A DNA stretch of 64,000 nt from Octopus sinensis (GCF_006345805.1 NC_043005.1:59210001-59274000); one strand, 5' to 3'. Shown: positions 11,855 to 24,593, counted from the first letter of the stretch. The notes: a model not told the origin generated them from the sequence alone. Made by a program: numbers and translations.

Positions 11855-12081
11855 ATATATGTATGTATGTGTGTGTATGTATGTTTGTGTATCTGTGTTT
11901 CTCCCCCCAACATTGCTTGAGGACCGATGCTGGTGTGTTTACTTAGCTGTTTGGCAAAAGAGATCGATAGAATAAGTACTAGGCTTACAAAGAATAAGTC
12001 CTGGGGTCAATTTGCTCGACTAAAGGCAGTGCTCCGGCATGGCCACAGTCAAATAACTAAAACAAGTAAAAGAGTAAAAGA
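11855..12081 (+). mobile_element. OK-type SINE, 3' half (split by the PLE)
   Basis: gtgtttctccccccaacattgc...aaacaagtaaaagagtaaaagag tail. Confidence 0.85.
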
Positions 12082-12179
12082 GTATTTGTTCAGGTACCGT
12101 GTCAGAGTTTCTTGGCAATTACACATTTCATAAAATGTAGAAAATCTCCCCAGTAAATCTTGCAGGTTACTGCATTTAG

Positions 12180-12223
12180 ATATGTCAGTGTATTCTAATT
12201 GTCATTTGAATACACTGACATAT
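12180..12223. repeat. 16-bp-arm hairpin
   Basis: atatgtcagtgtattc / gaatacactgacatat. Confidence 0.9.
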
Positions 12224-13067
12224 ATGTATTATTATCTCTGCTCCTACAAACCTTCATTCATGTGTTCAAGTGCTATGCTTCAAACAAACTTAACTACTGA
12301 ACAAAATAAAAGATTCAGTCAAAGCTATTACTTGGTGAAACATGTTTGAATGTTATGTTGTAAGTGACTTTAATCTATAAAGAAAATTGGAGATCAAATT
12401 GAAAATCAAATACGTTTGTGTGATGCCTGAAGCCATCTTAACTAAGGAATAAAGTCAGAGACATAATCAAAATCTTAAATGTAATGAAACTATTTCAAAT
12501 ATTACGTTTTGAATACACTTAACTATGGAATGAAATTGAAGGCATAATTGAAATTATGAAACCAATGAAATACTTTTATAGAAATCTATAAATTTATGTA
12601 CCAAAACAGACATAAGTATAGTCATAAAAGATAGCATGTCCATGGATCTTGTGAGTCATGAATAAAGTAGGAGGGAGGTGAAGTACAGGACTAAATTTTC
12701 CCAAATGTTTAACCTCATTCCCATACATTATCATTCAATTGCTACCATTTATGACATAGCTTCTCCTCACTGGGTTTGGTAAAACAAAACCAAGAATTTA
12801 TTGAGGTCGTTTTGAATAACTACATATTTCTCCTACAAATCTGTCATCTTGAGTTGATTGTATAGTAAATTCTTATGCTTGATGGAACATGAAAACTTTA
12901 CACAATGATATATGTTTCAAATATCGATGCCTCATATTTTCACAGCATCCTACAATTTTCAGAATATTATAATATTCTTGTTGGGAAATTTACATTTACT
13001 TCTAAATATCGATAAATACAATAACAATTTAGGTTAGTTTTGTTTCTCTAAACACATTATTTATTTG

Positions 13068-13095
13068 ACTAGCTGGACCCGTGAAAAATTCCCGG
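13068..13095 (-). mobile_element. Helitron 3' end remnant
   Basis: Minus strand imperfect hairpin ccgggaatttttcacgg followed by gtccagCTAG-T. Confidence 0.45.
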
Positions 13096-13134
13096 AAAAC
13101 AAAAAATGTAAGCATCTATAAACAGTGTACTGGT

Positions 13135-13310
13135 GCCATGAGAAATGTTTGCATATTATGACCGTCTGTCTTTACTTTCTGAGTTCAAATTCTTCCATGG
13201 TTGACTTTACCTTTCATCTTTTAGGGGTCGATAAATTAAGTACCAGTTGTGTACTGGGATTGATCTAATCAACTGGCCCCCTCCTCACAAAAGTTTAAGG
13301 CCTGGAAAAG
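13135..13310 (+). mobile_element. Deu/Nin-core SINE (short tail)
   Basis: Core plus ggcccctcctcacaaa tail. Confidence 0.7.
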
Positions 13311-13470
13311 TATATTGTGACAATTACAGAATATAGAAAGTAATGTAACACCAATGACTAATCCAACCAAAATATCTCAGTTACACAAACGCAAACAGAA
13401 TTACAATTTAACTTACATGGTACATATTCAAAGAACCTTCTTGGTTTAGTGGTATGGACCGTTTTTCTAG

Positions 13471-13782
13471 TATTCTTTTATTCTTTTACTTGTTTCAGTC
13501 ATTTGACGGTGACCATGCTGGAGCACTACCATTTAGTCAAAGAAATTGACCCCTGGACTTATTCCTTGTAAGCCTGGTGCTTATTCTATCAGTCTCTTTC
13601 GCTCAACAGATGAATTACAGGGAGACAAGCGCACCAACATCGGTTGTTAAGCAATGGTGGTGGTGGTGGGACAAACACAGACACAAATATGCACACAGAC
13701 ACACACACATACATACACACATACATACATACATACATACATACATACATGCATGCATGCATGCATGCATGCATACATACAT

Positions 13783-13817
<35 letters not shown>

Positions 13818-13873
13818 TGCATGCATGCATGCATGCATGCCTGCATGCATGCATACATACATACATACATGCA

Positions 13874-13907
<34 letters not shown>

Positions 13908-13937
13908 CATCCTTGCATACATATATTTATATGACGG
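13471..13937 (-). mobile_element. OK-type SINE 3' half with expanded (CATA)n/(CATG)n
   Basis: Reverse complement of the family tail and core. Confidence 0.8.
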
Positions 13938-13994
13938 TCTTGGAGATAGTGGTGATGCTGGCAGTGCGATTATGACAACTCAATGATTGTCCTA

Positions 13995-14047
<53 letters not shown>

Positions 14048-14125
14048 ATATATAAATTCCTCTATTTTCATAATATTGAGGTCTCATTCTTTTGTTGTCA
14101 TTTTATTATTATTAGTTAATATATT

Positions 14126-14164
<39 letters not shown>

Positions 14165-14168
<4 letters not shown>

Positions 14169-14345
14169 AGAATTTATGTAAAAGACAAAAGACGAAGATG
14201 GGTGTGTAAGCAACAAACACATGTATTAGTTCAATGCTTGGGAAGTAAGAAAGTCTTTTACATTTCGAGCCTACACTCTTCGACAGAAAGGAAGGCAGAA
14301 ATAAACAGAGAGAGAAAATATAAAAGTTTTAGTGACTAGTGATCT
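14165..14345 (-). mobile_element. Short non-coding PLE terminal-repeat-like element carrying the hammerhead motif
   Basis: Contains the hammerhead-like motif and abuts a (TA)n tract; no ORF. Confidence 0.45.
14255..14290 (-). ncRNA. Minimal hammerhead ribozyme-like motif with variant core
   Basis: Minus strand CUUU [CUGUCGA A] GAGU-GUAG-GCUC [GAAA] UG [UA] AAAG: 4-bp stems I and II, near-palindromic AUGU stem III. Core deviates from consensus (A6U, extra A). Confidence 0.5.
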
Positions 14346-15235
14346 ATCACCTGCAAGTGAGTATGACCTGGTTGCATGTATGGTGCATTTTAGTCACAAG
14401 CAGAGAGAGAGAGACACCCATTCGATTCTCCTGTTCCTTGACCCTGCAGAGCATTGAGGATGTGATAAATGGACAAAGAAAGGGATGCAATAACATTATA
14501 CTGGATTTAGAATGAATCAAAGCATAACATGTAAAGTTGGCTATTTTACGGCATACAAACAATTGTCTTCAAGAGAGATTCATAAATTACACACCTTATT
14601 GGAGTGCATGTGTATTTATTGTATTATTTCCAAGTCAGCTCTGATTGAGGAAGTATAGAATGAAAGGCATTTCATCCTTCATTCATGCACATCTAGTACC
14701 ACACTAGATATACAAGGTGCTTGTGTGTGATCTGAAGGAATTTGGCTGCTATTTCAAGCAAGTTGGTCAATGGATAGGTTTTTATGTTAGTCCAATATAT
14801 TAAGGCAAAGTGATTGTGAAAGTCATATTCGAATTTTGAGTTGAAACACTTAGATTTTTCAGAAAATATTTCTGTGTCCTTAACAATAAAATGCTATAAT
14901 TAGCTTTATAGTGAAATATTTTAGTATGCATTTTAATAGAATACAATAGTATAATTTTTAATTAAATACAGTATTGTGACTTTTAATGATGTACTGTAAT
15001 GTACATTTTAATGTACATTACAGTAGCGTAATATTTATAATGAAAGAGTATAATATATATTTTATTAAAATATGACAATATGATTTTTAATGAAGTACTT
15101 AATGTTATGTAGCTTTTAACGAAATAATGATGCCGCATTCAAGCGAATTGCTTAAGAACCATAATATTATGAAAAGTAATACAGTTTGAAATGATGTAGT
15201 GTAGGTGGTGATTCAACCTACACTGGCTAACTATT

Positions 15236-15249
15236 GTTGTCATGACAAC
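15236..15249. promoter_or_regulatory. Candidate RFX X-box (palindrome GTTGTCATGACAAC)
   Basis: Fits the X-box consensus RTHNYY-WT-RRNRAC and lies in an intron of a ciliary gene. Confidence 0.35.
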
Positions 15250-16344
15250 TGTAAATACCAAACTTTGGTCTGATAAGAAAGGGGGTTGAAGGTAGAGCAG
15301 TGTTTAGATATAGGCATACTGGGTTGTTGCCCTCTGGTCTCTCAGGGCTAAGGGCCCAGTTCTAAACTATATATGATGTGGCCTGCTGTCAATAAGTAAA
15401 TATCACACTCCCGGTGTCTTGATTTACGCAGGGGTCCATAATGCTACTAAGTCGACCTTGGTTCATGTTCACTATTATTTAAACTTAAATTTACAAAAAT
15501 CAAATCAAAAGTGAAACTATATTAATAGCATTAGTAATTCTTGATTATTAAGAATTATTAATAATAGTAATAATATTAATATTTCTTGAGAGATATTTGA
15601 GTTTCTTGTTTATTCTTTTGATCTTCTCTTTAGTTATTAACTACTATCGTACTGCGTGACCCTGTCTTCAAGATAAGAGCTCTCAGCGAATGTATTAGAT
15701 CAAAGTAGGGTGGATTAGTCTAAGAAAGTTTTTAATTACATCTATTGGTGTTTAACTTCAAAATTCTTTCAAACGAAGATGTGGATGGTATAACTTATTC
15801 ACTCTCTGTGGCTTTCACTCATCTTTAGAGAAGAATTTGTTGACTCTTTACTAATGATACACACAGCGATAAACACTTTAGTATAATGTATTTATTAAGA
15901 CTGTATAGGTTGTATTATAAACTTCATATAACCTAGTAGCATTTCAGTCATATCTCATGAGAAAAACCGATATTTATGTTAGAAGTGAATATTTCAATGA
16001 TATCTGTTGGTGAGCAAGTATTATCATTTTGGCCAAGAATATAGTTTAGTGAAATTTCATTTATCAGTTAAAACTAATTTACTTCACTTGCACACCTGAT
16101 ACACCTGGGAAAATGCATGAATATTGCAATATCCCATGTATCATGCTTAGAAATATTGATATTGATAATTTGTAGTGTTGCAGAGAAAAGCAATATTTTT
16201 CATAAAATTCTCAATGAAAACTATATCAGCTTGCTTATAAAATACACCTTTGTAAATTTTATGTACCTTTCCTTCATGATGCTGTGTAATATTTCTTATT
16301 ATTTCTTTTATTTATTTATTTTTTTATTTATATATTTATTTAAG

Positions 16345-16413
16345 CTTCAATTCTTATTTGCACTCGGATCCATCTTACCGGGAACTCAACTACTCTGCAG
16401 AACACCAAAAAAC
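16345..16413 (+). CDS. CFAP65: CFAP65 exon (phase 2-2): (C)FNSYLHSDPSYRELNYSAEHQK(T)
   Basis: Acceptor tttatttaAG, donor GTaatt; 69 nt. Resembles the human segment LLNSYLERDPTPCELTY (recalled). Phases match both neighbours (TG+C, AC+A). Confidence 0.8.
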
Positions 16414-16781
16414 GTAATTTACATTGTTTTTATCTTCTTTTCTTTCCCTCCCCGCATTCTCTGCCACCAATATTAATGGTTTTGTTGCTAGGCAACTATG
16501 CTGCCGATTATTCCAAAGAGAAAATAAACTATCTGTCAAGTAGTGGTGGGTTGATATATTAACTTTTATATTTTGTGAATTGGTGAACAAAGGCGGCAGT
16601 GGTTGGCAATTTCCAGCTGGACAACCATTGGTTCATTTCTAACAGGAGAGAGAGTGATAAGTGTATATACAAATATTGTAAGACTACTTGTTGAAAATAA
16701 AAGAAACACTTGGTCATTTGGTTGTCATGAGGAATATATACACATATATACATTGACAAGCATTTACACATCTATCTATCC

Positions 16782-16842
<61 letters not shown>

Positions 16843-16903
16843 CCAACCTACCCATGTACCTATCTATCTTTACACACACACAAAAATATATATATTATAT
16901 ACA

Positions 16904-16961
<58 letters not shown>

Positions 16962-17004
16962 GTACGTATGTATACATATATACATATATATATGTACATA
17001 TATA

Positions 17005-17404
17005 GGTGCAGGAGTGGCTGTGTGGTAAGTAGCTTGTTTACCTACCACATGGTTCCGGGTTCAGTCCCACAGCGTGGCACTTTGGGCAAGTGTCTTCTAC
17101 TATAGCCTCGGGCCGACCAAAGCCTTGTGAGTAGATTTGGTAGACAGAAATTGAAAGAAGCCCGTCGTATATATGTATACATATATATATGTGTGTGTAT
17201 GTTTGTGTGTCTGTGTTTGTCCCCCTAGCATTACTTGACAACTGATGCTGGTGTGTTTATGTCGCCATCACTTAGCGGTTCGGCAAAAGAGACCAATAGA
17301 ATAAGTACTGGGCTTACAAAGAATAAGTCCTGGGGTCGATTTGCTCGACTAAAGGCAGTGCTCCAGCATGGCCACAGTCAAATGACTGAAACAAGTAAAA
17401 GAGT
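17005..17404 (+). mobile_element. OK-type SINE, full length
   Basis: Head, central TA/TG tract and gtaaaagag tail. Confidence 0.9.
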
Positions 17405-17529
17405 ATATATATATATATACATATATATATATTTATATATAATCACACACAAAAACACACACAAACTCAGATATGTATAGAATGGGCTTCCACAGCTTCC
17501 CATCAAATTCCCCCATACAATATTGAACT

Positions 17530-17866
17530 GAAGACCCTGTGATACATTCTGATTTGACTGCTACTCCATCAGTTATGAAAACAAGAATTCCAGTTGATCC
17601 AGTCAATGGAACAGCCTTCTCATGAAATTAATGTGTAAGCGGCTGAATAATCCACAGACATACATGACCACAGGGAGATTAAGCATGACACAGAATGTGA
17701 CAAGGCTGGCCCTTTTGAATTACCGGTACATGTAATTTTTGCTAGGTAAGAGGAGCAATGTGAAATAAAGCGTCTTGTTCAAGGACACAAATCACTGCCA
17801 GATATTGAACTCATGACCCAATGATCATGGGCCAAGTGCCATAGCTACTAAGCCATGTGCCTTCAC
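17530..17866 (-). mobile_element. tRNA-derived SINE (V/CORE-like)
   Basis: Head gtgaaggcacatggcttag and core gtgtccttgaacaagacgctttatttcac. A related head fragment lies at about 6995-7110. Confidence 0.7.
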
Positions 17867-17880
17867 TAGATTCTGATTAA

Positions 17881-18103
17881 CCCTTTTGTTACTGTATTTC
17901 TTTTGAGATGCTCTGTGTTTCTTTCAATTGATTTTAGCTATAAGAAAGAATTTAGTAAAATAACTTAGTTATCATTAAGCTAGTGTCAGGAATATAAATT
18001 GTGACTAAGGTTTGGTGGAAGATTTTTGATTCAGAACTTTTGAAAACAAGACATTTGTACTGCAGAGCTAAAGGTGGTTTCAGTCGGGTTGGTATTGAAA
18101 GGG
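17881..18103. mobile_element. piggyBac-type MITE
   Basis: TTAA|CCCTTT ... AAAGGG|TTAA termini. Confidence 0.7.
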
Positions 18104-18675
18104 TTAAGAAAGGCAGTTGGAGACAATCCTTGAATATGAATAAATTTAGTCTAATTCAAAAGAAATTATTGTGGAGAGTGTTTGATCTTGGGCAGTACAG
18201 TACCAGTATATTTATCTTGCTTGCAATTGTAAACTCATTTTCTTCATTAATAAATTGAAATTGAAACATCAGCATTTTCCGAAAGTTAAACAAAAAAAGA
18301 AAAAAGTAAGGTAAGATGACAACTGCTTTCAATTGAAAATAAAATGAATTCACACACTTCAAATGTAAACAAACTATATTTATGTTACAAAAAATAACTG
18401 TAGCTATAAATCCACTAACTTCTATAAATTTCTAATTTCGTAGTTTTATCTTAAATAAAAAAAATAAATTGCAGTTTCCAAGCCTCTGATATTCAAAACA
18501 TCAAAATGTGAAGCTTGTTTTAAAAAGCAGATATAATAATAAAGTCAGAAGGTTGTTTTAAAACATTGTCTTGCCTAATTGTTACTATTTATATGCATGT
18601 TGCATTACAAATAACTATAGTTGTCAATGACTGAAAGAAATTCAGTTACTATTACGCTATATTTACATGTATGTG

Positions 18676-18830
18676 GACACATACCTAAGGTGCAAGCATG
18701 GCTGCATGGTATGAAATTTGCTTCCCAACTACATGGTTTTATGTAGAGTCTTGGCCAAGTGTTTTCTGCTATAACTCTAGACTGACCAAAGCTTTGTGAG
18801 TGGATTTCAAAAATCAAAACTGAAAGAAGC

Positions 18831-18870
<40 letters not shown>

Positions 18871-19372
18871 TATATCTAGGGTGGGTAACATTCCTGAGAT
18901 CCATTGATGAGTTCTCTTCTCTGGTCTTTGTCCTTCATCATCACTGCCATATCCTGTATCTTCCAGAGACCAGTGTCTGTCCCTAGGGCATCAACATATG
19001 TTGTCCTTGGTCTCCTTTTTCTAGTGTGTCTGTGTGTTATGTATGTATGTATGTATGTATGTATGTATGTATTATGTATGTATGTATGTATCTATCTATC
19101 TATCTGTCTATCTACCTCTGTGTGCATGGGTGTATGTGTGTGCATGCATGTATATGCATATGTTCTTGCGTTTGTGTTCATGTCCCACCACTACTTGACA
19201 ACCAGTGTTGGTTTGTTTACATCCCTCTAACTTAGTGTTCAACAAAAGTGACAGATAGAATAAAAACTATACTAAGAAACAATATAAGTACTTGGGTCGA
19301 TTTAACTAAACCGTATACGGCAATGCTCCAGCATGGCCCCAGTCCAATGACTGAAGCAAGTAAAAGATAAAA
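18676..19372 (+). mobile_element. Older OK-type SINE with internal RTE fragment
   Basis: Degenerate head and tail around microsatellites. Confidence 0.65.
18878..19025 (-). mobile_element. RTE-clade LINE 3' end inside an OK-SINE microsatellite
   Basis: RKRRPRTTYVDALGTDTGLWKIQDMAVMMKDKDQRRELIN. Confidence 0.6.
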
Positions 19373-19632
19373 ATGTTCATTTTATATATCTGTTTATGAA
19401 ATTCTACATTACACTTCAAGCCACATATTTTAATTTGACCTGAAAAGCTCTTAAGATTTGTGATATTTTAAGATCCAGTAATGTACAAAGAACACAAAAC
19501 AAAAAACAATTTATAAAAAAAAAATAAACGAGCATTTCTAATTTTGGTTCGTAATCATTAATATTGACCTTCATTAGTTTAAAGAATAGACAGAAATGCT
19601 GAAAAGGAAATTAATCAGAAAAAAAAACAATA

Positions 19633-20047
19633 GGCGCAGGAGTGGCTGTGTGGTAAGTATCTTGCTAACCAACCACATGGTTCCGGGTTCAGTCCCACTG
19701 TGTGGCATCTTGGGCAAGTGTCTTCTGCTATAGCCCCGGGCCGACCAATGCCTTGTGGGTGGATTTAGTAGACGGAAACCGAAAGAAGCCTGTCGTATAT
19801 ATGTGTATATATATAAGTGTGTGTGTATATGTTTGTGTGTCTGTGTTTGTACCCCTAGCATTGCTTGACAACCGATGCTGGTGTGTTTACGTCCCCGTCA
19901 CTTAGCAGTTCGGCAAAAGAGACCGATAAAATAAGTACTGGGCTTACAAAGAATAAGTCCCGAGGTCGATTTGCTCGACTAAAGGCGGTGCTCCAGCATG
20001 GCCGCAGTCAAATGACTGAAACAAGAAGAAGAGTAAAAGAGTAAAGA
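19633..20047 (+). mobile_element. OK-type SINE, full length
   Basis: Near-identical to other young copies at 38192 and 57985. Confidence 0.9.
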
Positions 20048-20243
20048 GAATATTAAAAAGAATATATGTTGATTCTTCAGTAGATGGATAGATGGATGGA
20101 TGAATGAATGAATGAATGAATGGTTAGATGGGTTTGTGGATATTATTGGTGCAAAATATCAAGTTGATCAAATATGTTTTGCTTATATGAAGTTTACTAA
20201 GGGGTTTTTGATGTGTACATCTGATTTTACCTTGTATTCACAG

Positions 20244-20372
20244 AACGGACAAATTTCCAAAATTCGATACTGAAGCTGTTGTTGATTTCGACTTTGCTGC
20301 AGCTGCGATTGGAAGTCCCTCTTCAGATTTCACCATTAAGTTCCAGAATGATGGTATCATTCCAGCTGAATG
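20244..20372 (+). CDS. CFAP65: CFAP65 exon (phase 2-2): TDKFPKFDTEAVVDFDFAAAAIGSPSSDFTIKFQNDGIIPAE(W)
   Basis: Acceptor attcacAG, donor GTaagt; 129 nt. Resembles human LDFNFGAAPFKAPPSVVFLALKNSGVVSLDW (recalled). Confidence 0.9.
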
Positions 20373-20516
20373 GTAAGTCAAGTTCAAACACGGACATGCA
20401 ACATAAGGCAAAAGAAGAAGCAGAAACTATTTGGCTTACTGACAGATAAGGATTATCTGTATCGAGACGTGTATATATAAAACTATGCATATACATGCAA
20501 GAACATATATATATAA

Positions 20517-20549
<33 letters not shown>

Positions 20550-20763
20550 ACATATATTATATATGTATATATATTTATATATATATATATTATATATATT
20601 ATATATATATATATATATATATTTGTATGTTTCAGCACACGCATCATACATACTCACATAATATGCATGCAAGTGTGTGTGTGTGCATGTCTCTGTGTGT
20701 CCATGGGTGTGTACATATTATATATATATATATATATATAATATATATATTTGTGTATATATT

Positions 20764-21000
20764 AAAATTATAATTTAGGGTATCTAAGAGATACCTCCAC
20801 ACTGGAAATAGCAGCCAAAACTTGACTCTAAAACCACATTAAATGTTCATACAGCACCAGTAATTTTTTGCTAGTTTATCTTGTCCTTTTGTCTCTTGTC
20901 CTCTTGGTGCTGTATGAACATTTAATGTGGTCTTAGAGTCAAGTTTTGGTTGATATTTCCAGCTTGGAGGTATCTCTTAGATACCTTAAATTATAATTTT
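20764..21000. repeat. Foldback inverted repeat, ~96-bp arms
   Basis: 20764-20859 is the near-perfect reverse complement of 20905-21000. Confidence 0.95.
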
Positions 21001-21174
21001 AGCAATGATAATTCCCCTTGAAAGTTTTTATTCCTATGGTGGCCACTTGATAAGAAATGATTTTTCTTCATAAAGAAGAAATACCGACAAATATTATATA
21101 TACATACATACATACATATATATATACATACATACATACATATATACATACATACATACATACATGCATACATC

Positions 21175-21400
21175 ACGTAAAAAGCACCATCCGATTGTGG
21201 CCGTTTGCCAGCCTCATTTGGCACCTGTGCCAGCGACACGTAAAAAGCACCCACTACACTCATGGAGTGTTGGCATTAGGAAACATTGCCAGATCAGACT
21301 GGGCCTGGTGCAGCCTTCTGGCTTCCCAGACCCCAGTTGAACCGTCCAACCCATGCTAGCATGGAAAGCAGATGCTAAACGAAGATGATGAAGATGATAT
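21175..21400 (+). mobile_element. Meta-core SINE-like repeat
   Basis: Same family, with a small core deletion. Confidence 0.7.
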
Positions 21401-22009
21401 ACACACACATGTATACATATATATATACATACATACATACATCTATACATACAAACACACACACATACATGCATGCATGCATGAACCGATATCAACACTA
21501 AATTCTATATGATGGAATTTGATTTTTTCACTAAAACTATGGAAATATTGCATAATGGGAAGGTGCCAGAATGAGATTCCATAGCTAGCAACTTGTACAT
21601 CACATTAACTTCTGAATAGAAAAATAAAAGCAAAAAAAAAATGAAGAAGGCCTCATAGATACACTTGAACCAGAAGCAACATTAAGCTGATAGATACTGA
21701 ACGCTTCTAGAAGTACTCATTACCTGGCAACCTTCTCCGTTAAAAACCCAGAGGGGCAGAGCTAGTGAAACTGAGCGAAGACTAGGACAAGAAATACTCT
21801 GAGCAAAAACTTGGACAAGAAATACACTACATACCATACAAATTTCATGAGAGTAGTGGTTTCAAATTTTGACACAAGGCCAGAAATTTGGGGAAGTGGG
21901 TAAGATGATTATGTTGACCCCAGTACTCTACTGGTACTTATTTTAACGACCTTGAAAGGATGAAATGCAAAGTTGACATCAGTGAAATTGGAACTCAGAA
22001 CATGAAGAT

Positions 22010-22489
22010 GGTGCAGGAGTGGCTCTTTGGTAAGTAACTTGCTTATGAACCATGTGGTTTCAGGTTCAGTCCCACTGTGTGGCACCTTAGGCAAGTGTCT
22101 TCTACTATAGCTTTGAGCCAACCAAAGCCTTGTGAGTGGATTTGGCAGACGGAAACTGAAAGAAGCCTGTTGTGTGTAGATATATATATATATATATATC
22201 TCTTTTTTTTTTTCTGTAGTTTCAGCTCAGAGCTGCGGCCATTCTGATGCTCCGCCGTTAAATATATATATATATATATGTGTTGTATGTCTGTGTTTGT
22301 TCCCTACCATCGCTTGACAACCAATGTCAGTGTGTTTATGTCCCTGTACCTTAGTGATTCAGCAAAAGAGACCAATAGATTAAGTTCTAGTCTTACAAAG
22401 AATAACTCCTGGGGTTGATTTGTTCAACTAAAAGTGGAGCTCCAGCATGGCTCCAGTGAAATGACTGGAATGAATTAAAGAATAAAAGA
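22010..22489 (+). mobile_element. OK-type SINE with short inverted insert in central (TA)n
   Basis: Head and tail match the family; insert at about 22205-22260. Confidence 0.8.
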
Positions 22490-22716
22490 ATATGGGCGAC
22501 ATGCCACAATACATTTTACTCAGTGCACTAATGATTCTGAAAGCTTGCTACTTCATGACAGTATGAGAATATTAACATAAAATGTAGCTTCATTTATTAC
22601 TCATGACTTGCCACTGGCTAGGAAGATTTCCAGTAATTACAAAATGTCATACATGCATATATGCACACACATACATACATACACACACACATACATACAT
22701 ACATATATACATACAC

Positions 22717-22769
<53 letters not shown>

Positions 22770-23269
22770 CATACATATATAAATAATATACATACATATA
22801 TGCGGAGACCCCCTTCGGTCACGAATGACCATGGGATTGTACCTAGAAAGTTACCCTCCAAAGCACAAGTCCGAGCAAGGTTATTTATGGAAGGCCAGCA
22901 GTCGTCCATGCATACCAGCATCACCCCACCTTCCTACCACCACCACCATAGGAGCATGGGGCTATGAACTTGTGCTGTTGATGACAAACAGCTAAAAATA
23001 GTGCTACAGACAGTACAGGGGTTTAATTAGAAAAGTCGCTATGAGATTCAGATAAAACTACGTCAAGACAACTCTGAAAAAATGATAATAAATTACAAAG
23101 ACTAATTAATTTTAGCTTTTTCACTATTTTTGTGGTTTCTCTTTCCTCTTTGCTACTGTCTGTTATTTCAGATTCTATTTTGAATCAAGATAAGAGAAGT
23201 AGATCAGACTCAGACTTAACGAATACTTAGAGATCAACAAACTAGACGCAAGAGAACAAGCGTACAAAT

Positions 23270-24235
23270 GAGAAAAAAAAAAAAAAGAAAATCAGGAAAA
23301 ATATTATTGGCTCATTAGATCTACACTTAAAACAGCCAAATGTAGAAGTTGGCATCAGTGGTCTAGCAATAGTAATAAGTTTATTTATAATTCTTTGACC
23401 TGGACACTAAATAAATGAACAAGGGAACCAGATAGAAAAAATAAGGAAACTAACGACATTTAGAATGTACTACTCAAAATATGACATTGACAGATTACAT
23501 GTACCTGGAATGTAAAAAGGTAAAGAGCAACATGTAAGTTAAACAATATATCAAAACATCTACTTAGAATTAGAAAAATATCTAGTATAGAAATATGTAA
23601 AATAGTAAAATATATTTCTTTATTGCCTACAAGGGGCTAAACATAGAGGGGACAAACAAGGACAGACAAAGGAATTAAGTCGATTACATCGACCCCCAGT
23701 GCGAAACTGGTACTTTATTTATCGACCCCGAAAAGATGAAAGGCAAAGTCGACATCGGCAGAATTTGAACTCAGAACGTAGCGACAGACGAAATACCACT
23801 AAGCATTTCGCCCGGCGCGCTAACGTGTCTGCCAGCTCGCCGCCTTATAAATAGTTAAATAGTAAAATAGTAAAGAAATATGTAAAACATTAACAAAACT
23901 GTTTTCTGACTCCAAAGAATCTACCGAATACAAAACAGTGGCTGAAATAACAGAAAAATGTGAATGGAAAAGAGCAATAACAAAAGACTGTGATATAGCC
24001 AGAAACTAAAAGTAGAGCTGATAAAAATGGACAGAAAAGACACAAACAATGAAATTAGCAACAGTAGTTGAGAACTTCGATTCTTAAATGCACTACAAGA
24101 TTGAAGACTTCTTGTCAGAAAATCAAAATTCCTACACTAGAATGAAATGTAGAATATGTGAAGTTAGGGAAGAAAACAGTTACCAAATTTGCTTCCACTT
24201 CCCAGTTTTAGTTGAAAAGGAATATGTCTACGGGT
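23270..24235 (+). mobile_element. R4/Dong-clade LINE fossil, interrupted by a Nin SINE
   Basis: WTLNK*TREPDRK..RMYYSKYDIDRLHVP resembles WTxxE..LDRKTRK..RMHHPKSDIDRLYVP. KCRICEVREENSYQICFHFPVLVEKEY resembles the CCHC knuckle KCRICG..ETIxHIISxCPVLAKKEY. Confidence 0.6.
23613..23846 (-). mobile_element. Deu/Nin-core SINE (long tail)
   Basis: Head, core and long tail; flanks both contain aaatagtaaaata. Confidence 0.9.
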
Positions 24236-24593
24236 ATTTCATATTGTGTACATTTTCCTGTCTATATGTATTGGGAAGTCCCAAAAAATCATTACATTTT
24301 CTTGCTCAGTTACAACCTCATTGTGGTACTTATATCACTGGTTGCTCTTGTTCACACTTTAGACCTGAATTTCAATAATTTCGAATTCTTATCACTTTTT
24401 ATGTTGAACTCAATAAAGACAGGCTTGTCGAAAAATTATTATTTTATTATTATCATTATTATTATTATTATTTTATTATTATTATTATTATTATTCTTAT
24501 GAAATAACCTAATGCTTTTTATTAAAAAATATCATATCATCAATATCGATAGTTCATCATTAAATAAAAAATAATCCAAATTCTTCTTTTCAG

